DNA of 32,122 nucleotides from a virus (taxonomy: Duplodnaviria; Caudoviricetes): IMG/VR virus record IMGVR_UViG_3300005326_000098, positions 1 to 32,122 of that record, one strand, 5' to 3'. Shown one piece after another: positions 1-6,742 of this stretch (its first letter is position 1; the number at the start of each line of letters is the position of its first letter). The position numbers were made by a program, and so were the translations under genes. The notes under the pieces are model-generated. The model saw only the letters and a list, made by a program, of their open reading frames with translations. It made no database searches and was not told the DNA's origin.

Positions 1-104
1 TGAAAACACGCTGCCGCTTGTTCCGCTTGCGCCTCTAACATTTCCCATAAACCGCTATATGTGCGTTTGGGAACGAAGAATGGTGAACTATTAACTGTAA
101 TCAT
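1..104 (-). CDS. Partial hypothetical protein running off the left edge (MITVNSSPFFVPKRTYSGLW...)
   Basis: ATG at 104 preceded by AAAGGAACGCC; frame open to the window edge (manual translation). Confidence 0.5.
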   Translation of the reverse strand, partial: MITVNSSPFFVPKRTYSGLWEMLEAQAEQAAACF

Positions 105-123
105 GGCGTTCCTTTTTCATTTT

Positions 124-644
124 CATTGTACGTTTTCCCCTTTCTTCTAATAGGTTTAACTACTCGATACTGTCAACAGGTTGACCGTTTGCAATGTCAA
201 TATCTCTTATTGCACCAAAATAGAATGATCCATCCCCTTCCAACCAAGCAAAGAAAAGGGAAAGGGAAAAGCCAAAATATGACTTTATCTTTTCTGTGAG
301 AATATCAGCCGCATTGTCGAACAAAGGCTCACAATACCAATCCCAAAATTCACAATCCAGCGCATTACCAAAAAGCGTATCATCTTCCCCATAGATGTAC
401 GCATGAGAGAAATTTTTAGGGAAAACGATACCAAAGTCACTACACACTTCCCCTGTCTGATATATTCCGGCTGCCCCACTGCCCAAAATGTCAATTACCA
501 TTTCTTCTTGCCAATCATTCGGATCCCGTGCGAACCAGTCCCCGTTCTCGATTGTGGATATGAGCTTTTCAATATCAAAGCAATCCACAATACGCTGCGT
601 GTTAATACTTACCCTTTTAGACATTGTACGTTTTCCCCTTTCTT
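124..644 (-). repeat. Exact 23-bp direct repeat (124-146 and 622-644) comprising RBS plus start codon, AAGAAAGGGGAAAACGTACAATG
   Basis: cattgtacgttttcccctttctt occurs at both positions. Confidence 0.9.
160..624 (-). CDS. Acidic, aromatic-rich hypothetical protein (early-gene type)
   Basis: 154 aa ORF with strong RBS; roughly 28 D/E versus 9 K/R by manual count. Confidence 0.75.
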   Translation of the reverse strand: MSKRVSINTQRIVDCFDIEKLISTIENGDWFARDPNDWQEEMVIDILGSGAAGIYQTGEVCSDFGIVFPKNFSHAYIYGEDDTLFGNALDCEFWDWYCEPLFDNAADILTEKIKSYFGFSLSLFFAWLEGDGSFYFGAIRDIDIANGQPVDSIE

Positions 645-732
645 GTGTTTTCCCCTTGTTCCAAGGCTTAGAACTTTGTAAGCATGTTTACAATGGATGT
701 ATAGTCCATTGTCTTCACATTGCAAGGGAATG

Positions 733-1341
733 TTACAAGCTATAACAGTTATGACCGTCTTCCGTGTAGTTCTCCCCATTGTTTTCCAAGTCTTCCTTGA
801 TAGCTTCTTCACTCATATAATATTCAGCTTCCTTTTCGAGCATAAACCGGGTTTCATCAGCCAGTCCAAGCAACGCATCTTTGACAGTATCACCTTGCAA
901 CAATGCCTTTTTCAGCAAATCCAGCAAGTCTTCGTCAAAGCAATAGCCCGTGAAAGGGCAAGGTTTAACCATTCCCGCCCTATAGTAACTACCATACTTT
1001 GACAATTTCCAGCGTTCCTTACCATACCAGGGTATACGCAAATATGACAACAGGTTATTTTCCAACCATGCGAAAGCACGTTTCCCTGTCAATTCCCCAG
1101 TTGCGTCTTCATCAAAGTCAATACGAATGTAGTTATTTTGGTTATATGCACCAATATTCCAGTCTTTCAGGGTTATACCATGGATTGCATTGATCAAGGC
1201 TTTAAGACTGTCCACGGTTTCTTCCAACCAGGGAATATCCCCATACTCTTCCCTTTTGCTGCGTTCCCGTTCGATGACTTTCTCCTGAATATCTTCTGTC
1301 AATTCGGAAAATTTGAAAGTGCTAATAGTAATGGTATTCAT
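733..1341 (-). CDS. Hypothetical early protein (start revised to ATG 1341, 202 aa); N-terminus resembles the 'F.ELS...KEKA' family of phage/plasmid leading-region proteins
   Basis: RBS AAGGGGTAACAAC-ATG; MNTITISTFKFSELTEDIQEKVIERER; acidic C-terminus. Confidence 0.7.
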   Translation of the reverse strand: MNTITISTFKFSELTEDIQEKVIERERSKREEYGDIPWLEETVDSLKALINAIHGITLKDWNIGAYNQNNYIRIDFDEDATGELTGKRAFAWLENNLLSYLRIPWYGKERWKLSKYGSYYRAGMVKPCPFTGYCFDEDLLDLLKKALLQGDTVKDALLGLADETRFMLEKEAEYYMSEEAIKEDLENNGENYTEDGHNCYSL

Positions 1342-1432
1342 GTTGTTACCCCTTGTACAATACTTTAAATGTTTGTATGTAGGTTTATACCCTTGTGGTA
1401 TGTACAAGGGTATTATCACCTTTCAAGGGATA

Positions 1433-1972
1433 TTACCTTATTACAGGAGCAAAACCCGCTTGTATCGCCGCATTTTTCAAGTCAACAATACACATGTTAT
1501 TACCGTCTTTTCTGCCAACAAAATTGTACATTTCTGCTCCTGCCTCATTCCAACGATTTGCAGTAATATCAACAGTTACCTTTTCTTTACTGCAAAGATA
1601 CGCAATTTCCTTTTTGATACTGTTTTCCAGTCTTCCCCATGCTGAAACAAGTATTGCGTCCCAGGATTCAATTTCAGGCAATCCTTCCACAGTCACCCAA
1701 CCACTGGACCTGCCAGCGGAATACACCTTGACAGAATATTTTGGGAAGTAGTATTCCACCGTATCCTGCACACAATCCCAGAATTGTGATGTTGAGCTGT
1801 CCCAGGCGTATTCCAGCGCCTTTTCCAGTGTCGTTTCATCACAATGCAATTCTTCAGCTGTGATGTTTCCACCGAAACGAGAATAGCATTTGACATTGAT
1901 TGCGGGATACTCTTTACCATAATATGACTGGGAATGAGTATCAATATCCGATTTGCGGAAATAGTGTTTCAT
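1433..1972 (-). CDS. Hypothetical early protein, 179 aa
   Basis: RBS AAAGGGGAAACATCACC-ATG; contains GRSSGW motif. Confidence 0.75.
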   Translation of the reverse strand: MKHYFRKSDIDTHSQSYYGKEYPAINVKCYSRFGGNITAEELHCDETTLEKALEYAWDSSTSQFWDCVQDTVEYYFPKYSVKVYSAGRSSGWVTVEGLPEIESWDAILVSAWGRLENSIKKEIAYLCSKEKVTVDITANRWNEAGAEMYNFVGRKDGNNMCIVDLKNAAIQAGFAPVIR

Positions 1973-2000
1973 GGTGATGTTTCCCCTTTCTTTCCTGGTT

Positions 2001-2240
2001 TTATCCTATGATTACAACATTATTCTTAGCTGCCCATATACGTGCTTTTTCAATAGCTTTTTCTTGGTTATTTGGGTTGTATGTACGGGAATACAATTCC
2101 ATAGGCGCACCGTCTTGATCCTGGAGGTTAGTACTCCGCAGCACAAGATAATGGTGGCTGGGAGTAAGTACGCCATTTTCCAGCCTACAGCCATTTTCAA
2201 GGCTTATACAGGCCTCGTGTTTTTGGATGTAGTATGCCAT
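2001..2240 (-). CDS. Hypothetical protein (start revised to ATG 2240, 79 aa)
   Basis: RBS GAAAGGGGAACAAC-ATG precedes MAYYIQKHEA. Confidence 0.65.
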   Translation of the reverse strand: MAYYIQKHEACISLENGCRLENGVLTPSHHYLVLRSTNLQDQDGAPMELYSRTYNPNNQEKAIEKARIWAAKNNVVIIG

Positions 2241-2859
2241 GTTGTTCCCCTTTCTGTTCCTGTTTCCATTACCGGTACTAGTAATAGTACTGTGTACCAT
2301 AGTATCATGATTGTTGTATGTGTTGTGTATAAGGTAATAAAGGGAGTATTGTGCACATTGTCAAGGGATTTTTGGGATATTTTATGGTAGGTACAAAAAT
2401 ATTTTGCACAGTTACCCACACAAGGGTATGAAACCCAGGCTCCTATACAGCGTTTTATATATCACCATTGTCATGATAATTGTGATGTATATACAATGTA
2501 TATACGTGAGAAATAGGGATAGGGGAGAGGTTACTTAGTCCAAATTTAAAGGCGATACCACGCCTGTTACCTCTGATCCGAAACAAGTTTACATAATGGT
2601 TATTATGCGCAGTGAAAATTCCTTCAATATATTAAACTTTTACCTGGGTATAATATGAATATAGTGATGTCTACCCCCCACTCCCCTATTATTATCATTT
2701 TGAGATGTAGGCAGATAGGGGTATGGTGACCCCCACTTATTACACACACAACCTACACACAATTTCTATCCATTTTCCCATAATACTATTACCAATAACA
2801 GTACTATTACCCCTTATATCCTACAATATACTCTACTACTTACCTTCTTTTCTCTATTT

Positions 2860-2919
2860 CTGTTACTATTACTGTTACTATTACTAGTACTAGTATTAGG
2901 GCTGGTATTGGTATTAGTT
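2860..2919. repeat. Degenerate hexamer tandem repeat (ctgtta ctatta ctgtta ctatta ctagta ctagta ...)
   Basis: Six clear units at 2860-2895, decaying to about 2919. Confidence 0.75.
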
Positions 2920-3022
2920 GTATTTCCAAAAATAATATTAAAAATTTTTCTGTAAACCACTGCCCAAACAGTATTTACCCCAAAAAATGTGTGGTACTGT
3001 TGCTGTTGCTGGTAAAAAGTGG

Positions 3023-3052
3023 TTGACAGGCAGCCCCCTACCCCCCTATTTT
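3023..3052 (+). promoter_or_regulatory. Sigma70-type promoter candidate TTGACA-N18-TATTTT
   Basis: Perfect -35 at 3023-3028, -10-like at 3047-3052, in a non-coding region. Confidence 0.5.
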
Positions 3053-3241
3053 ACCACCACAACGCACCGCGGAGTACAATGCACAGTCTTGGTATGGCTC
3101 ACAGTGTGTATAGGGGGAATTGGTCATGTAACGGCGTATGGTGAGAGTATAGAGATGGATTTGGGTCACCCAGGCCCTCCCCCACCTCTTCTTTGAAACC
3201 CCCTGTGACAAGGGGCCACCCCTTTCTTGGAGGGTGGGGGT

Positions 3242-3285
3242 AATACCCAGTTGAATGCACCCTGTTCGGCTGGGTATTTTTATTT
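3242..3285 (+). terminator. Intrinsic terminator, plus strand
   Basis: AATACCCAGTTGAA (3242-3255) pairs with TTCGGCTGGGTATT (3265-3278) using two G:U pairs that exist only in the plus-strand RNA; followed by a T-rich tract. Confidence 0.7.
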
Positions 3286-3409
3286 GTTAAAGGAAAATAG
3301 GCGTAAAAATCCCCCCCACCTTCCCGGTCCACCCCTACTCATTGGTAGTATGGTGTCCTGTTGTTATGGTGGGGGGTTCTTCCACCTCCTTCTTCCAGAA
3401 AGGAGATGC

Positions 3410-3808
3410 TTACCCATTCCAGCGTGCTGCCACCTCCCTTAGATCAACATGGATAAACGTCTTGTACAACCCCACACCGGTAAAATGGGTGTTGGACCAC
3501 TTCCACATACGTTCTAAGTCCCCCAAACTCCCCGACACGGGGGTGATGTCGGTGGCAAAGATGAGGTGTTGGGACCCTACCTTCCCTATCTTTGGGTCAG
3601 GCATTGCCCCACCCACTGCCTTATTGTGCTTTGGGCAGCGGTACCCACTATTCACCCGTATGGCAAACCCCACAGCATCCCTTAATTCTTGTAGCAGGGT
3701 CATGTGGTTGCAAAAGCGGATTGTGATGGGGAGGAGGTGGCAACATGGACAGGCTAACTTCCTGTCGTAATACAGGTTGAAGTTGGGGCTGACCTGTAGG
3801 TTTATCAC
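3410..3808 (-). CDS. Endolysin, peptidase M15A family (Zn peptidase)
   Basis: SGYRCPKHN..VGG, SQH-x4-TD and GVGLYKTFIHVDLR motifs. Confidence 0.85.
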   Translation of the reverse strand: MINLQVSPNFNLYYDRKLACPCCHLLPITIRFCNHMTLLQELRDAVGFAIRVNSGYRCPKHNKAVGGAMPDPKIGKVGSQHLIFATDITPVSGSLGDLERMWKWSNTHFTGVGLYKTFIHVDLREVAARWNG

Positions 3809-3996
3809 TTCTCCCCTCCCTTCTCCACCTTTTTGTCAGGTAGGGGAGTGGGGTTGGGGGTGGGTTGGGGTAGGGGTTTGAGTTTTTGCAGTACGGCTAT
3901 TTGGTTGCGCAGTCCTATTCTTTCCCGTTCAAGGTTGTAGAGACTGGCTTCCACCTCCATAAGTGCTGTGTTGAGTTGTTGGAGTAGTGCTTCCAT
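3805..3996 (-). CDS. Small coiled-coil protein with Pro-rich tail (start revised to ATG 3996, 63 aa)
   Basis: RBS AAGGGGGAAACCA-ATG; heptad Leu pattern; ATGA overlap with the endolysin. Confidence 0.65.
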   Translation of the reverse strand: MEALLQQLNTALMEVEASLYNLERERIGLRNQIAVLQKLKPLPQPTPNPTPLPDKKVEKGGEK

Positions 3997-4027
3997 TGGT
4001 TTCCCCCTTTTGTACGTGATAGGTGTG

Positions 4028-6163
4028 TTAGTTCCAGTATAACAACCCTGACCCATTTACAGTCAATACTTTCCCCGCATCCCCGGCGTCATACGCGGGC
4101 AAGACTGGTTCGTATACGCCTGAGTGGTTGTGGTCGCCAGTTGCCACTGTCCCTGCCGCAGTCCCTGTGTCGAGTGCGGCAGAGTTGCCCAGGGTGGGGG
4201 TGCCACTGGTAATGTCGGAGTAGGCGTGATTGTGGGATGTGGCCGCCGCCCCTACATCGGAGTAGGTGAGGGCTGCGGCTGTTCCAATTGCATCATAAGC
4301 AAGGTCGTGGTTGTGGTTCCACGCTGCAAAGTCACTTTCGTCGTATCCGTTGAGGGTAGCAGCATCACCTGCGGTTGTGGCACTCCCAGCCGTGGTCGCG
4401 GTAGTTGCATTGGTGGCGTTTGTCGCACTATCGGCACTATCCGCATGGGCAGAGTCAACCGCTTTCCCAGCCGATACCGTAAGCACCTGCGCCCCGTTAA
4501 GGTTCAAAATACCCGCACTAGGACAAGATAGTCCAATACTGGTTGCGCTCCCCAATCCTGCATACAAATAGAGGGTGCCACACATGGCTATATCCCCATC
4601 TGCATCCAACCGTATTGCCTCCACCACGCCACCGGAATAGGCGTTGAAACGGGCAAATACATTGGTGGTGTTGGGGGATTGCACGGTTATGGCGTCTGCT
4701 GTATTGCCTGTGATCTGTGTGATCACCAACCCGGTTACAGACGCACTTTTCGCTTCCACCTGTCCGGTGGCGTAGAGGGTGACTTTGTTGTTGGCGTCAG
4801 TTACAGCCCCTAGCGGCCCTGCTGTCTTGACATACCCCCCTGCATCATCATCTATCGTGACAATGACATTACCCGAAGCATCGTACAGTTTGAAGGTGTT
4901 GTCTGCACTGTCCAGTACAGCCCGTTTAAGGTCACCCGACGCCCCGGTTGCTGTTTGTACAGTACGGCCTGTAAGGGTGCCCGCATTGATCTTATCCGCC
5001 GACAGGTCGGCTATTTTGGCGTTGGTTATGGAGGCGTTGGCAATATACGCACTCCCAATAACCATGTTGGTGGCAGAGTTCCACACTTGGGTATGGACCC
5101 CGGATATGTTGGTGGCTATGACAAAGCCTGTGTTACCCACATCAGGGTGGGTGGCCGCCACTGAGTAGGTACTGTTGCCCACCACCCAGTATACGTAAGC
5201 ACTGGATGTGTTACCTGCCGTTATGGTGTAGGCTGTGCCGTTGTGGACGAGGGTGTGCTGGTTCCACGCTATCGACCCTGCCCCGGGTGAGTCGTCGGTC
5301 CAGCTATCCCCCGACAGTACCACCGTGTTTAGGAACATTTTGGTGGCGGTTATGGCAAAGTCATCCACACTACTCGCCACCACTGCCCCGGTTGTGGCTG
5401 ACACCCCTGACGTGGCACCGGTGGGGTGCCAGGCGGAATAGTTGCCTGATGTGTCTATCCCCCTTATCCAGTAGTAACGTGTGGCTCCGTTTGCCCCTAC
5501 AACATGGGTGAATCCTGTCCCCCGTACTTTTGCCAGCAGGGAGGCTGTGGCGCGGTTGTTGCTGTCGGCCACCCACACTTCTGTATAATCCCAGTCCACA
5601 TCGGATGGGGGAGTCCAGGTAAGCAGTACGGTTTGGATACCAGGTGTGGCAGCGAGGAGGGAGGGGGTGGAGGGGGTGGATACCTTCCCCGCCAGTGCTA
5701 TTTGGGCACGGGGGGATGTTTCCACTTCCTGTTCTTCCCCTGTTACTCTTCTACTGACAACCGCCACTTCATACGTGTGCCCGTGGAGGATGTCAATGCC
5801 ATCGATGGTAACCATGTTGTTACGGGTGGTGGTTACCAGACGCCAGGGCACCTTCACCACCCTTGTCCAGTAGGTGGAGTTGGGGGGAGGGGTGGCAAGG
5901 GGTACGTCGTCTATGGCGCGGTAGGAGGAGGTGTTTACCCCGTCGGAGTAGAGGACAACCTGGTCTGTGGTGTAGGTGAGTGCTGCGTCGTACACCCCCA
6001 CCCAGTCGAGGTTGTCAATGATCAACCCCCATTTGTCTGTACCGGCTGACAATATCCCGTTGAAGTACAACCCCCCGGCCAAATCCCCCTCCACCCATAT
6101 GACAGTATCAAGGTCACTGGTGAAGGTGAGTTGGCCGGTGAGGGAGGATTGGGTAGGGGGCAT
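4028..6163 (-). CDS. Tail fibre / gpJ C-terminal-like protein with FN3 domains and fibre repeats
   Basis: FN3 motifs (LTWTPPSDVDWDYTEVW, RYYWIRGID); IANASITNAKIADLSADKINAG repeat typical of gpJ C-termini; HNH/HDH knot motifs. Confidence 0.8.
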   Translation of the reverse strand: MPPTQSSLTGQLTFTSDLDTVIWVEGDLAGGLYFNGILSAGTDKWGLIIDNLDWVGVYDAALTYTTDQVVLYSDGVNTSSYRAIDDVPLATPPPNSTYWTRVVKVPWRLVTTTRNNMVTIDGIDILHGHTYEVAVVSRRVTGEEQEVETSPRAQIALAGKVSTPSTPSLLAATPGIQTVLLTWTPPSDVDWDYTEVWVADSNNRATASLLAKVRGTGFTHVVGANGATRYYWIRGIDTSGNYSAWHPTGATSGVSATTGAVVASSVDDFAITATKMFLNTVVLSGDSWTDDSPGAGSIAWNQHTLVHNGTAYTITAGNTSSAYVYWVVGNSTYSVAATHPDVGNTGFVIATNISGVHTQVWNSATNMVIGSAYIANASITNAKIADLSADKINAGTLTGRTVQTATGASGDLKRAVLDSADNTFKLYDASGNVIVTIDDDAGGYVKTAGPLGAVTDANNKVTLYATGQVEAKSASVTGLVITQITGNTADAITVQSPNTTNVFARFNAYSGGVVEAIRLDADGDIAMCGTLYLYAGLGSATSIGLSCPSAGILNLNGAQVLTVSAGKAVDSAHADSADSATNATNATTATTAGSATTAGDAATLNGYDESDFAAWNHNHDLAYDAIGTAAALTYSDVGAAATSHNHAYSDITSGTPTLGNSAALDTGTAAGTVATGDHNHSGVYEPVLPAYDAGDAGKVLTVNGSGLLYWN

Positions 6164-6164
6164 G

Positions 6165-6728
6165 TTATCCCCCTGCCACTACAGACAGTTGGTAGGTCCA
6201 CTCCACCTCACTGGTGGGGGTGACGGGAATACCAGCACTTTCAAACACACTCCTATCCAGCAATGTCCCCCCTGATGCTGCTGAGAAAATGCCGTGTTCG
6301 GTTATGGTGAAACCGCCGGATGTGGTGTAGGTGTGGGTGGCGACGGATTTGTAGATGTTGGCAGTGGCACCTTCTGTTTGGGTGCCTGTGTCCCGTGCTT
6401 CCCCACACGGCGTTTCGAGGGCGGTGTCCCCCTCAGCCTCTGCCGTTACCCCTGTCCCACTGTCGTGGTACTTGAAGGTGTTTATGGTGGCCCCACTTAT
6501 GCCTTGCAGTGCGTCCACCAACAGGTTGGCAAAGACGGTGGTTACCACACGGGTAGACAGTACCCCTGCGTCAACCCAAGGCGATGTGGGGGTGGGGCGG
6601 TAGCGGGCTGACAGCCTTGCCACTATCTTCCTGTGTGTAACTTCCCCCAGTGAGAGGGTTTTGCGTGGGATGAGGTCACACACCACCACACTCCCATCCG
6701 CTTGTCGTATTTTTGCAGTCAATCCCAT
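6165..6728 (-). CDS. Tail-associated structural protein (tail-collar/baseplate-like)
   Basis: GTG..A...DTAL and ITEHGIFSAASGGTLLDR motifs; located between tail tip and fibre genes. Confidence 0.6.
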   Translation of the reverse strand: MGLTAKIRQADGSVVVCDLIPRKTLSLGEVTHRKIVARLSARYRPTPTSPWVDAGVLSTRVVTTVFANLLVDALQGISGATINTFKYHDSGTGVTAEAEGDTALETPCGEARDTGTQTEGATANIYKSVATHTYTTSGGFTITEHGIFSAASGGTLLDRSVFESAGIPVTPTSEVEWTYQLSVVAGG

Positions 6729-6742
6729 ACTACCCCACCTTT

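Noticed and set aside
2336-2364. Perfect TTGACA upstream of the early cluster as a standard sigma70 promoter
   Set aside because: No convincing -10 at 16-18 nt spacing (TTTATT/TTATTA); mentioned only as related to the repeated early element
2860-2919. CRISPR array
   Set aside because: Units are 6 bp with no unique spacers
3312-3376. CCCCCCACC...GGTGGGGGG as the late-operon terminator
   Set aside because: Loop of about 47 nt is too long, and such runs are common in this genome
2987-3442. ORFs 2987-3196, 3099-3332 and 3227-3442 as genes
   Set aside because: No RBS, low-complexity translations, and they cross the promoter and terminator signals
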